From positions 6,854,122-6,918,121 of the forward strand of contig MU053810.1 of assembly GCA_013239625.1 (NCBI GenBank): a DNA stretch of 64,000 bases, given 5' to 3'. Below the pieces are notes generated by a model. It ran no database searches and had not been told where the DNA came from. It saw only the letters and a program-made list of their open reading frames with translations. Below are positions 50,247 through 62,697 of this stretch, piece after piece. Made by a program: the position numbers and the translations under genes. Source of the DNA: Lama guanicoe. Its lineage: Eukaryota. How positions within the stretch are numbered: the stretch's first letter is position 1; the number at the start of each line of letters is the position of its first letter.

Positions 50247-51837
50247 AGTTATAACATTAAAATATCTCTATTTGCAGAGGTTCTGAAAAACCACAGAGCA
50301 TCAGTGATAAAACTACTTTTAGCAATAAAAGAATTCAATAAAGAATCAGAGTACAGAATTAGAATACAGAAATCAATACTCTTTATATACACAGGAAATA
50401 ACCTGGTAGACGGGAGACAACTGTAAAAAATAAATGCACTTACAATAGTGAAACAGAAAATAAGATACTTGAATAAATAATGAAAAGTGCAAAGCTGATA
50501 TAAGAAAAACTTTAAAGTACCTCTGAAAGACACAAAAATGGTTTTGAACGAATGAGATGTCTTTGTTCTTGGATAGAATGGCTCAACATCATAAAGATGT
50601 CATGTCTCCTCAAATTAATTTATAAATTGAAAAGTATTCCAATAAAGATACCAAAAAGGGTGTTTTGTTTTTTGTTTTTTTTAATGAGCTGTACAAGTTC
50701 ATGTGAAAAAATAAGCATATAAGGAAACTTAAGAAAAACTGAAAAAAAAATTACAAGTGGGAAGCTAGCCTAACTAAATATTTAAATTTTAATTTCTCTG
50801 TAATTCAAACACTGTAGTACTAATGTATAAATAGACACAGGGTCCTAGAATACAAGGAAACCTAACGTGGAATTTTAGTAAATACAGGTAACATCTCAGA
50901 TTACTGAAGCTAAAAGAAGAGCTGTATTAACAGATGGTGCTGGGAAAACTGGATAGACATTCGGGAAAAGATAAAATCAGGTCCATATCTCATAGCATAC
51001 AGAATTCCATGTACATCAGAGATTCAACATAAAAAAATAAAACCAGACAAGCTCTAAAAATTTTTTTAAAAAAATAAATACTTGGCTGAGATATTTCTTA
51101 TCTGTCATATTAGCCAAGGGAAGTAAAATAAAAACCATGCATTCATACTTATATAAATAAAATAATTTATTAATGGGGAGAAGCAAAAATTCTTCATTAT
51201 AGTAGAATTCCAACAGGATACACATCTATATAATCTTAAAGTATCTCCCTATAAGTAACAGGGGTAAAAGCAGTAATTCTACAGCCAAGAAAACCAGCAT
51301 ATACCAGGTTTAACGAGGGCTACAAAATTGACATCAGTAATAGTGGGACAAATAGGTACTTTACATCTATTATGACACACTGAAAAAGCAGCAATTCTGT
51401 GATATTCCTGACAAAAATCTAATCATGAAGAAACAGACAAACCCAAAGTGAGGAACATTCTACAAATCAATCGGCCTATATACTTCAAAAACATCAGTCA
51501 TGAAAGACAAAACAGACTGAGAAACTGTTCCAAACAAGAACCTGAAGAGAGACATGGCACTTCAATGCAAGGTGTGAGTTAGTTTTGGTCCACAATTTTT
51601 TTTTAAGTTATAAAAGACACTATTGGAACATCTGGTGAAATATAAAGTATTGAAATTAGATAATAGCATTGTATTAATTTTAATTTCCTGATTTTGATGA
51701 TTGTAACACAACATATGGTTTTTATTCTTAGGAAATACACACTGAAGTGTTTAGGGTCAAGGATCCAAGACAGCTTCAATTTAGTCTTATATGATTCAGA
51801 AAATAATACATATACATATTTTACATATATATGTATA

Positions 51838-52375
51838 CAGTCAATCCTCATCATTCACAGATTCCATACTGGTGAATTCACTTACTTGCTAAAATTTATT
51901 TGTAACAACAAAATCAACTGTAGCACTTTCACAGCAATTTGTGGACATGCATAGAGTGGTGAAAAATTTGAGTCACCCAATGCACACATTCCAAGCTGAG
52001 GTCAAACAAGGAGACACTCTTAACTTCTTGTTTCAGCTCTTAGAGTATACACAAGTGTTCTTTTTTGTGGTCTATTTAGTGGCATGTTTTTCACATTTTT
52101 GAGCTTTTTGTTAGTGATTTACTGTTTAAAATGGTCCCCAAGTATAGTGTTGAAGTGCTTTCTAGTGTTCCTAAGCACAAGAAGGTTGCGATGTGCCTTA
52201 TGGAGAAAATGTGTGTGTCAGATAAGCTTCATTCAGGCATGAGATACAGTGCTGTTGGCCATGAGTTCAGTGTTAGTGAATCAACCATACATACATTAAA
52301 TAAGGTGTCTTTAAACAGAAACACACATAAAACAAGATTATATACTGATTGCTTAATGAAAATTTTGACCAGAGG
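51838..52375 (+). mobile_element. MER82-like TcMar-Tigger element (3' truncated)
   Basis: ta|cagtcaatcctcatcattcacagattcc...'gctaaaatttatttgtaac'...'gctgaggtcaaacaagg'; the ORF at 52131 gives a Tigger HTH-like relic 'KLHSGMRYSAVGHEFSVSESTI'. Confidence 0.85.
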
Positions 52376-52379
52376 TATG

Positions 52380-53100
52380 AAAAAGGATGAGGATCTAAGG
52401 AAATAAAGATTAAAAAGAGAGGTTTATGTTTAACTGGATCTGAAGGATGAAGAAGAAAAAGTCAAGGATGACTCTCAGCATTCTGGCATGAGTGGCACGT
52501 TACCAGATGATAAAGGAAATCCAGAAGCTCCAGTGTTAACATGTGAGCAGAAAATAATGAGTTAAATTTTAACCATAGAGAGTTTGGACATTCAGCATCT
52601 ACTGTCACATGGAACAGGCAGAGGAAGAATGAGGAGTCTATAAGTATTAGATTTTCAAAGAGGAGCAACAATACCAGATACCTTAAATGTAAGTCCCGGA
52701 CCACATCTACTGGAATTGGCAATTATTCTTCAATCTTGGTCATTACTGAGTAAATGAGAAAGGATGACAGGGGAAAAGAGAGCAAACTACTCTTTCAAGT
52801 CATCTGGATGAGGGGAAAAGGAGATAGGAAGATAGAAAAGAATTTGTGGGTGGCAATGATGTTTGGTTGGTTTTAGGATTGGGCATAGTTCTAAATTAAG
52901 AAGAAGTAGCAGTGGAAAAGAACAAGTTAAAGAGAGGTGATATGTGACAGAGCAAGGGCTAGTCAGAGGTGGGGGGATTTATCCTTTAGCAGGTAAAATA
53001 TCTGATCCTTTGCAATTCCTCGTGGAAAGAGGACAAGCATTTATATCTATGTAAATGGCCTCAGTTTGAGAGGACATGATGGAAGGTAGAATAATCTCTG
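52380..53100 (-). mobile_element. L2 LINE fragments
   Basis: 'gtcaaggatgactc', 'gagttaaattttaaccatagagagtttg', 'gcaaactactctttcaag'. Confidence 0.55.
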
Positions 53101-53552
53101 AGACTATCCAATTAATGGTTGGGTTAATGGTTTGAGAAGAGAGGATAAAGTCTGGAACAGATGTTGAGAGAAATCAGAGAAGTTAATGAAAGGTAGTGAG
53201 GATACTACTGAGATTAGAATTCATAAATCTACATTTCTATTAGTAGACTATTTTCTCTCGCAGCATGAAGCCTCCAAAGTGTGCAGGCTGAGAAGTTTAC
53301 TTATGCAACTGGTATCAGGGAGCTCAGTGGGTTCACAGAAAGGTCAGTGGGGCCAACAAAGATGACGGTGCTCATGAAAACACAGTCCATATAATCCATT
53401 CTATAGATCAGTCTGTGTAGGGGAGAAAGATCATAGAGAAGTTAATAATACTGGGAGAAAATAAAAGGATCCAGAAATTGGATCCAGGAACTAAAGCCTG
53501 GGGACTAATAGATGACCTAGATAAAACGTGGTGACGTAGGACGGCATAAGCC

Positions 53553-53610
53553 TGAGAGAGAGAGAAAGAGAGAGAGAGAGACTGAAAGGGGGAGGGAGGG
53601 AGAGAAGAGG
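53553..53610 (+). repeat. GA-rich simple repeat
   Basis: gagagagagagaaagagagagagagag...ggagggagggagagaagagg. Confidence 0.85.
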
Positions 53611-54326
53611 TTTACATGAGGGTTTGCTTTACAGCATGTATGTCGGACATGGACTAGTTGTCAGCTTCCTTTGGAAGGAGAACGGCTAACCACCAGGCCC
53701 TGGGTTTCATCCTAGAGGCCACCTTTAAGAACATACTGTTTTAACTTTCTAATGTTCCCTCCTGACATCAACCACCCTGTATTAGATACACATTCTTCAC
53801 GTTATTTTTTTTTTCAAATACCGTCAACTTTTCCAAATGACAAAATACTTTCCTATGGCTTCAAAGTGAAATTGTGAAAAAGAATATAAATCCTTTTTGT
53901 TCAACTTCAACTGGTACCATTCCAAAATACATAATTGAAACCTCTCCCAAGTAGACAGTGATAAAAATTTTATAGAATGTGCCTGCATGTTTCATCAATA
54001 AAAGATGGTGCAAAGCACTTCTAACCTGCCCATCGTTATCAGAGCTGGTTGTGTTAGTTGAGCACTGCTATTTGCGATTGAGTTTAAAGTCTTAAATTTT
54101 AGCCTTTTGGAAAGTAAGCTGAAATCCCTCTTGAACAGTTTTTCAAAATCGTGTTTTGTAGACCAATGCAGTACCTTGAGCTCAACATGAGCTTAACCAA
54201 GGATGCACAAGTTAGTACAGTTCCAAAAGACTTACAACATATTTACAGATAAAGAGAAGGAAAAAAAGAATTCCAGGTAACAAATTCAGCATATAGTAAA
54301 GATACAAAGATACAAAAACAGAAGAA

Positions 54327-54375
54327 TGTGTGTGTACCTGTGTGTGCACCTGTATGTGCATGTGCGCACGTGTGC
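54327..54375 (+). repeat. Degenerate (TG)n repeat
   Basis: tgtgtgtgtacctgtgtgtgcacctgtatgtgcatgtgcgcacgtgtgc. Confidence 0.8.
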
Positions 54376-54639
54376 AAACATACTGTAAAAAAGTAGGCAA
54401 AGACTAATTTATGTCTTTGTACTTTTTCTTAATTATTCTGTTAATACTTGTATTCTTTTCCTGACTCTTTGCATCATGACAACAATCATCAATGTCTCTT
54501 TTGCTCTCAGTTGTAGCCACATTACCTCAACAACTATGTATGGAGTAATGAATGATAATATAATCGTAATCAAAATCATAATCATAACCAGTCTGACTAC
54601 AGCTGAAACTCAATGAGAGATATGTAGTACTAAGTGAAA

Positions 54640-54965
54640 ATTAACATTGGAGGAGCCTAGCAAAGCCAAATTATGGAGGGTCTTAAAGGCCATCTAAGAA
54701 ACCAAATGAAACTAATACATGGAGTGGACAATAAGGATTCATTGTACACCCTTGATCAGGGAAATGACCTTGTGAAAATGGCATTTTAGGGAAATGGTAG
54801 GGATATAACAGAATAACAAGGGAAAAAATGACAGCAAGAAAATAAGTTGGGAGGCAATAACTGTAGTCCAAGTGTCAAATGGTGAGTCTAATTTAGTATT
54901 ATAATATTAGGTATAGGGAGGAAGCAGAAACCCACAGGGGCATTTCAAATGAAGACTGAAAATAT
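54640..54965 (-). mobile_element. L2 fragment
   Basis: 'attatggagggtcttaaaggccat', 'ggaggcaataactgtagtccaagtg'. Confidence 0.5.
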
Positions 54966-55479
54966 GTTCAATATTAATGCCATTTTAAAAATCGTTTACA
55001 ATAACTTAGGTTCCTTTTTTGGAGACTGAACCATAAACTTAAACCATGAGTAATGACTTAACTCCTAAAATACCACTTCTCTCCTATGATTAATTTGCTT
55101 CCACTTCTACCTTTAGGACATTAACAATAACAATGTAAGAAGACTTGAGCCACCCAAAGCCGTATTTCTGACTACATTTCATGATGTCTTAGGGCGCCTT
55201 ATAAATTATTGCTGGTTTGTCTGTCCTTTAACTCTGCTCAGTGCAAAATTACCCAGCCGAAGTAAAAGTTAAAGACCACGGTCAAGAGAGGCTCCCAGAG
55301 GTGTACACAGTCTCCTAGTGTCTGGAGTACTCTCTCTTCTCCTTTATTACCTCCAACTCATTCTTAACACAACACAGGCATCTCCTTCACTAAGACACAT
55401 TTTCTGATCCAACCAAACTGAGATGAAACTGTTGTTTCTGTCCCCATACGCTTCTGAGGTCAGTTACCACCATACTATA

Positions 55480-55635
55480 ATTATTATACTTATCTAGTGG
55501 CATATGTATACCCCTATCTATACTCTGAATTCCCTGAAAATTGTGATTTAATCTTACTCTTGTCAGTATCCCTAGCACTCAGCACAGTCCCTGGCACATA
55601 GTAAAAGCTTATTAAATAGTTGATGAATGAACTAT
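55480..55635 (+). mobile_element. L2 3' terminus
   Basis: 'tatccctagcactcagcacagtccctggcacatagta...ttaaatagttgatgaatgaa'. Confidence 0.75.
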
Positions 55636-56184
55636 TAAATGTCTCTGACATAAACATACAATGCTAAGTATCTGGGAAGGCACTCTTTAGGGAAAGAGAT
55701 TACACAGCCTACTAAACTGGGACAGATTTGCTGTCACACTACTTCTGAATTATAGCAAACTGATTTTTATCAGCCAGTTCTCTCCATCTTATTGACATTA
55801 TCAAATTCTACAGGGAAATAGAGTCAAGGAGGAAATCAAGTACAGGACAATCATTGTGCTTAATTAATTATTGTATTTAGGTGTCACCACCAAGAGTGTA
55901 TGAGGATCTAAACAGGTAGAAGTTCTTAGAAAAAGTTCCTAAGCATCAAGGACTACAAAAGGGTTGAATGTGTCCGCTCCAAAGATGTGAACTCTTCAGA
56001 CACAGGCTAGCTATCTATTTGTTGAATTGCTACTGAATATATCCAGGGATCCGAGAGTAGCTGGATTACATTACCAGCATCATGCCTCGTAAGCTCGAGG
56101 CTCATAAGATAACCAACAGCCCTTTCATTCCCTTGTATTTGAGAAGCAAGGTCAGAAAAGGGTGGGTGACTCTAAAAGTCACTT

Positions 56185-56360
56185 TACTACTTATCAGCCT
56201 ATTAACCAGTGTGACTTTGGGCAAACACCTTAAGTTCCTTGATCTTCATTTGCAGAGGTGTTTTGAATATTTGTAGAAATATACTGAGAAAAAATCACAT
56301 AGCTGGAGACACACACACACTCAAACACATACATTCAATAAATTGTAGCAAGCATTATCA
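56185..56360 (+). mobile_element. MIR fragment
   Basis: 'tgtgactttgggcaaacaccttaa'...'cattcaataaattgtagc'. Confidence 0.5.
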
Positions 56361-56954
56361 AACTATTATTTATTCTTCTCAATTGAATGTGCACTTAGTT
56401 TCTCTATAAAAGAATTGTCTTGAGGCAAAAGTAAACTGACAGGGATGAGTGATAAATGGTATTGCTTCCTATGCATTATTATCCTGAAACAGAAAAAAAA
56501 TGTGATATTATAAAAATCACACTTGAAACGTCTAATTTCCCACCTAAATCTAAAGTCTTTTGGAAAATTTCAAATGGCTCTGTGATTTTGAAACTTTTCC
56601 TTATTTTCTTATTTTATCTTATTTTCAGCCTTAGGTAAATAAAGTTTTTCTGGATATGTACAATTTCATCCTTGCATCCCCTATTTATTATTTATTTATT
56701 TTAGACATTACTACAAACTTCCCAATTAAAGACTGGACACATTTTTTTCTCTCCAGATAATGAAGATAGTAGCTTTAGCTATATGGCCAACACACAGGGA
56801 AACTACTTTAAGTCAACAAATTCTATGAAGTACTCTGTTTGCAAGAGGTAAATTTCTTACCCATCTTCAACTTTCCCATCTGCCTATCCCAGTTTTGCAT
56901 AAGAAGAAACATTTACATCTCACTTATCCCTTTTGGTAACTTGAGCATCGTTAT

Positions 56955-57120
56955 CCATGAGGCTACCACCACAAGACAGCATCCAATACTAGTACAGTTG
57001 AGGAAACTGAGACCTACAGGGCAAGGGCACTTGCTCAGGTAAATAACATTAGGAAATTGTGAATTTAAGATTTCAACTTAGATATTTCCAAACTCAGGCT
57101 CTGTCTGTCACACATGACTT
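56955..57120 (-). mobile_element. MIR fragment
   Basis: 'tacagttgaggaaactgaga...cacttgctcaggt'. Confidence 0.65.
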
Positions 57121-57881
57121 CTCAAAATAATTTTTGGCATACCCTTCTTTTAATGAAAAAATCCTGGAAAAGTCAACTATAAAGAATAAACAGGAAGCTT
57201 CTTAGAAAGCTCAAACACAGCCTCCAGAACTGAATTAAATAACACACTATCATGTCTTCATGTGTAGGCACGACACCAACATGGGTGTAGCCTCCATCAC
57301 AGTAGCTTCTTGCCAGGGAAGGGGAGAGGAGGGAATCACATTACCAACTGCACTCAGCCCATAATTGGCGAAAATCCCCAAACCCTTTACACACATGCTC
57401 CTTCTAGGCCAGATCTCACTCATTCTTGTATTTTAAAAATTCTAGAGAAACCCAAAAGGCAGGGTTTTCCCTTTATCTTTGTTCAGTTTTACCATGTTAG
57501 ATCTAATCCATCTCTCTATGTTAATAAATAAAACATATGGTAATCCAGGGTCTCTTAGAGCCTTTAATATGCTTTCTGACTCACAAGAAAAGGGTTAATT
57601 ACCAAAAGTGGGGGGGAGGGGGGCAAGAAAGAGATTTTTCAGATAATACATTAACTAATTAACATTATTATTCCAAAGATGCTGTCAAGATCTTTCAGGA
57701 AGCTGATAGTCATTTTAACACATTTGCTTTCCTTCCCAGATTTGTCTATAAATCTGTAAACTGGATAATCACATTCTCTTTTATCTGTGTAATCTTTATC
57801 TAAAATATGGTTAAAATATTGGACAATGTAAGGTTAAGGACAGAGCTCTTTTTTTTTCATGTCCCTAGAAACCTCTCTCTG

Positions 57882-58045
57882 GCAGCACTGTCCAATGAAA
57901 CTTTCTGTGATAATGGAAATGTTCTAAATCTTTGCTGTCCAATATGGCAGCCATCAACCATGTAGGGTTACTGAGCACTTGAAATGTGGCTGGTGCAGCT
58001 GAGGAACAGAAATTTTCATTTAATTTTAATTAATTTACATTTATA
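57882..58045. mobile_element. MER3-like hAT-Charlie MITE
   Basis: 'cagcactgtccaatgaaactttctgtgataatggaaatgttct...ctgagcacttgaaatgtggctgg'. Confidence 0.85.
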
Positions 58046-59327
58046 TTTTATACAGGAAGTAGTTGACCTTAAAATGTATTTTATCATACATAAATTATAC
58101 CTCAATAAAGCTGATTTTTAAAATCTATTCTAGAATCTCGGTTTTTAAAAATCGAAGCCAAAGGTATCAATTTGTGATACATAGTGTTCAATTACTTTCC
58201 CTTTCTGAAAATCAGGACATTTCCCCCTCCAAACTTTCAACATTTTTACAATTCTTCACAAATCCCTCAAAACCTCAACACTTAATGTAGGATAGGAAGT
58301 AATTCAAAACAAGTAAGTGTTCACTTATAAGCTCTTTATTCATTCTGGGTATTTTTTCCTTATTAATACTCAGTTTAACTTTTATCTTGAAGATCTAAAA
58401 TTTTGGAAAAGAATGCTGAATAGAAATAGAATTTGAAGAATTTGAGCAATTAAATCCGTATCTCTGTAGGTGAGGCCCAGACACCGACATTTTCTATTTC
58501 TTTTCTAATGAATAGTGACAGTTGACACCTGGCTTAGAAGACTAGACTTTTAAAACTAGAAGTGAGGATGTTAAAGTTCCTCTAGTCAGACCATTTTATT
58601 GTAGAGATGGAAAGACTAAGGTTATGTGATATAATTTTTATTAACTGAAAATTTCATCGAGGAACACTATTTCTGAACAGCTCCTCCTCTTGCCAATGCT
58701 CCAATTCACAGACACATACATCTTTTTCTAAATTCTCACAATGCATTTTGAAGGGATTAAGAATAGCAGGTAAAACCTGTACAAGTAGGTATCCTACAAA
58801 ACTTATAATGATAGCACACAAATGGATGAAACATGGAGAGAGTAGCTGAATGAGATGCTACACCACCACATTAGCCTCTGCCTTCACATGAACAATGCCC
58901 ATCAATGGAGTAGTGATGTACTCTGAGCTATCTGATGAAGCCTGACTAGTACAAACCCAAATGGATTCACTGGTTGGACTTCTGCTGCTCTTAATCACTC
59001 TTGTCTAATAAGGTCTCTCTCTCACTTTGTCACCCTCTCACTCTTTCTGTCTCTGCCCCTCCCCCTTAAAATTTCTTTTACTTCCATGTTTCTCTTTCTT
59101 TGTAGCAGAAGAGGTTGCTGGGGTATTAAACCAATTTAAGTGAATAGACTGTTTTTTTTTACCCTCAATCAAGCCAAAAGGGTACATTTGCATATAAACA
59201 TTTTTGGACTAAGTAAAATCATTCTTATGTGTTTAGCAAAGAAGTTTATGTGAGAACCTCTATCAGCAAATTCTTCTTAGCTTAATTACACTCAAATGGA
59301 ACAAAGAAAACTCAATTTAAGAATGTA

Positions 59328-59843
59328 TGTAGGCAGAATAATGCCCCTCCACCACAGAAAGGGCCATGTCCTAATCCCTAGGGCCTCTGAACGTTAACTC
59401 AGCAAAGGAGAATTAGGTTGCAGGTAGAATTAAGGTTGCTATTCAGCTAAGGTTGTTTATCTTAAAATAGATTATCTTGATTTTTGGGGTTGAGGGGCAA
59501 CATATAATCACAAATGTCCTTGAATGTGAAAGAGAGAGGCAGAAGAAGAGAGTCAAAAGCAAATGAAGCTATGGAAGAGTGGTCAGAGAGATGCAATTTC
59601 TGGAGCTGGAAGGAGGCCACAAGCCAAGCAAAATGCAGGTGGACGATAAAGCTGGACAAGGTGAGTGAACAGGTCCTCCTTACAGCTTCCAAAAAGGGGT
59701 GTGGCCCTGCTGACACCCTGATTTTTGCTCAGCGAGACCTGTGTCAGACTTCTAATCTACAAAAGTGTAAAATAATATACTTGTGTTGTTTTAAGCCACT
59801 AAATGTGAGTAATTTGTTACAGAAATAATAGAAAACTGATATC
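59328..59843 (+). mobile_element. ERVL-MaLR solo LTR (MLT1D-like)
   Basis: tgtaggcagaataatgcccc...'gccacaagccaag'...'tgttgttttaagccactaa...gttacagaaataatagaaaactgata'. Confidence 0.88.
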
Positions 59844-60306
59844 AAATGCTTCTAAAATGTAATATAAATTAAACTCTTCGTTCAAAATTTATACGGAAAA
59901 CACGTTCAAATTATTCCAAGTGAAAGATATAACTTACAAAATAAATTCAAAAGAAAGATTTTCAGTTATGGTAACCACAATCTCAAATTATTGCTGACAA
60001 AACAGTTTAGAAAATAAATGAGTACTGTATGTACATCAAGTAACATTTAGCTCCAGCTAAAGAAGTTAAGTAGAAGAATGAAACTTAAAGGTAAAGTGAA
60101 AATCACCTTCTTCTGACTGGAGTAAATAAACAGAGATTTTATCTTCTTGGCAACCTTACTAACCCCTCTAACAGCAGAGAAATGGAAACAAACTCGAGCA
60201 TTTCTTTTAATTAGCTCAAATGCCTAGTCAGGGAAAAAGAGAAGACCTGTACTTGAGAGAGAAGAAAGAAAAATTTTAAGAAAAAGAAACAAAAAGAAGC
60301 AGAACT

Positions 60307-61811
60307 TTAGGGGGGTGTGACCCTCTTGCCTGCCTCACCCGAGCAGCATCTGACTGCAGGATTAGGAGGGGGAGGGGGAGTGACCCGCCCACCCTCGCAA
60401 AAGAGAGCAGCACCTGACTGCTGTGCTGGGAGGGGGCGTGAGCTGCTTGCAGTCAGGCACTGGGAGCAGCACAGAGGAGGCCACCAAGGAAGGGCCTCTG
60501 GAAATAGCAAGCTGAGTTCACAAAACAGGGCAAAGGCAGAAAGACTTATTGATAAAATCATTAAGAGCACACAGTCTCCATGAGAACCTCCCCCCCTCTT
60601 TTTTAAATCTTTTTTTATTGGTTCTATTTTCTATTACCTTTTTCATTTTTACTTTTTAACAATTATATATGCTTCCAGCTTTAATCTGCTTTTTTCTTTT
60701 AAAATATATTTTTTATTATTATTTTTTAAAAATCCACCTCATTTCAATCTTATTTCTCTTGGTTTTAATCTGTTATTGATTATACACAGGTTTCAATTTT
60801 TTTTCCTCTTTTCTCCTTTTTTAAAGGTTATTAAAAGAGGTCTCAAACAAATTGCTATCCTGCTTCAACTTGCTCTTCTATTATTGATTATACACTATTT
60901 TCAAACCTTTCTCTCCCTTCTTTTAAAATTCTCTTTATTTTCTTTTTTAATCTGTTCTATTTTCTATTACCTTTTTAATTTTTACTTTCTAAACAATTGT
61001 ATATGCTTCCAGTTTTAACCCCCTTTAAATTTTTCTTTTAAAATATTATTATTATTATTATTTCTAAAAATCCACCTGATTTCATTTTCATTTCTCTTGG
61101 TTTTGATCTCCTGTTACTGATTATACACAGGTTTCAAATATTGTTTTTTGCTCTTTTTTCCTTTTTTTAAGGTTTTTAAAAAGACTTCTCAACTTGATTG
61201 CTAGTCTGATTCAAATTGCTCTTCTATTATTGATTATACCTGTTTTCAAACATTTTTATTTCTCCCTTCTTTTAAAATTCTCTTTCTCTCTCTCTTTTTT
61301 TTAAAGTTTTATTCCTGCATAGGTATTAGATAGATAAATAAATTAACTCCTTAAGGACCACAATAGATAACTGATACTCCATAAACCACAGTGCCAGAGA
61401 GATATGAGCAACATGAAGAAGCAGAGGAAACACTTCCAATTGAAAGAGCAAGAGAAATCCCCTGAAAGAACGATCAATGGAATAGACATCTACGGCCTAC
61501 TAGATCAAGATTTCAAAAAAGAATTGATCAAAGTACTGAAGGAACTAAAAGAGATAGTGTTTAGAGATATAAAATATGTCATAAGTGAAACTGAATCTGT
61601 AAAGAAGAGCCAAGTAGAACTGGTAAACTCATTTGTTGAGGTGAGACCTGACCTAAAGGCTGTACAAAGCAGGCTAGATAATGCAGAGGGACGAATAAGT
61701 GACCTAGAAGGCAGGGCAACAGAAAGCATCCAATCAGAACAGCTGAGAGAAAAACAAATAAAAAACAATGAAAACAATATAAGGGACCTACGGGATAATA
61801 TAAAGCATGCC
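60307..61811 (+). mobile_element. Young LINE-1 fragment: partial 5'UTR plus N-terminal part of ORF1
   Basis: GC-rich UTR piece, T-rich tandem dimer, then an open ORF1 from ATG 61404 (MSNMKKQRKHFQLKEQEKSPE...SRLDNAEGRISDLE...IRDLRDNIKHA) that stops just before the RRM domain. Confidence 0.9.
60610..61285 (+). repeat. Tandem dimer of a ~335-bp T-rich unit inside the L1 5'UTR
   Basis: Both units contain 'gttctattttctattaccttttt', 'aaaaatccacct', 'tgattatacacaggtttcaa', 'ttgctcttctattattgattatac' and 'ctcccttcttttaaaattctcttt'. Confidence 0.9.
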
Positions 61812-61877
61812 AAAACTGTTTTTATCTGGCAAAAAAAAAAAAAAAACCAAAAACTTTTTATCTGGCAAAAACTTAAG

Positions 61878-62000
61878 CCACTTTATAAATAAAGAAACTG
61901 AGGATAGAGAGATGGACAAAGTTGTCCTGGTCTGCACAGATAGCAATATCAGACCTAGAAGTAGGATCCAGTTCTTTAAACTCCTGGCAAAGTGCTTATA
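61878..62000 (-). mobile_element. MIR fragment
   Basis: 'ccactttataaataaagaaactgagg'...'actcctggcaaagtgct'. Confidence 0.6.
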
Positions 62001-62284
62001 ATATGGAGCACATCATAAAAAACCAGTGACTATGTCACAAAGAGCTAAATACAGGCCATAAGCAATGGGTAGCCTGAGTAGAGTACCAGCCTGCTGCTAC
62101 CTAAGCCTGTGCTGCAGGACACAGGCACAGAAAGACACTGAAGGATGAATTTTACTGAACTCCCATTTCATTATAGGGCTGAAACAAGGTGACAGAAAGG
62201 TAGAAACTACCTAGAAAATGCTTGATGAACTCAACTCAATTGACTTATTCCTTCAACTCTCAACAAACCGTTCATTGAAAGTCA

Positions 62285-62490
62285 GCAGACAGCCTGGAGC
62301 TGAATCCTAGACCCACCACTTCCTAAATACTGTAAGTAACTGTGAGCAAGTTACTTTGACCCTCTGTCTCACATTCCTCCCTGTAAAATGAGGATAATAA
62401 TAGTGTCTTCCTTATAAAATTGTTATGATAATTAAGTGAATTAACCTGGAATGCTTAAGCACTTAAAAGTTAGCTATGGTTATTTTTATT
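62285..62490 (+). mobile_element. MIR SINE
   Basis: 'ctgaatcctagacccaccacttcct...gagcaagttactt...ctgtaaaatgaggataataatag'. Confidence 0.8.
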
Positions 62491-62494
62491 GGAT

Positions 62495-62697
62495 ACTTTT
62501 AATGTACTGGGTATTTATCTGGGCACAAGAAATACAGCAATAAGCAAGACAAAGTCCCTGTCCTCATGAAGCTTTCATTTTAATCTTAAAAAATCTTTAA
62601 AAAAGGAAGACAGATGGCAGGCACACACATGTTAGATAATATAATTCTCACACACAAGTAACACAAGTAAGAATAAATGTAATGAAAAGTCAAGCAG
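62495..62697 (-). mobile_element. L2 3' region, antisense (host of the inverted L1)
   Basis: 'gggcacaagaaatacagcaataagcaagacaaagtccctgtcctcatgaagct'. Confidence 0.7.

Larger units (their letters stand above)
45640..51835 (+). mobile_element. Fragmented old LINE-1 (L1MC/MD-like; 5' region, ORF1, ORF2, 3'UTR) interrupted by two hAT-Charlie elements
   Basis: ORF1-like 46400-46860 and 47400-47750; ORF2 'gatggtttcgttggagaattctaccaa', 'catcatgaccaagtgagatttattcc', 'tctctatttgcaga'; L1MC-type 3'UTR 'aatctaatcatgaagaaacagacaaacccaaagtgaggaacattctac'. Confidence 0.8.
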
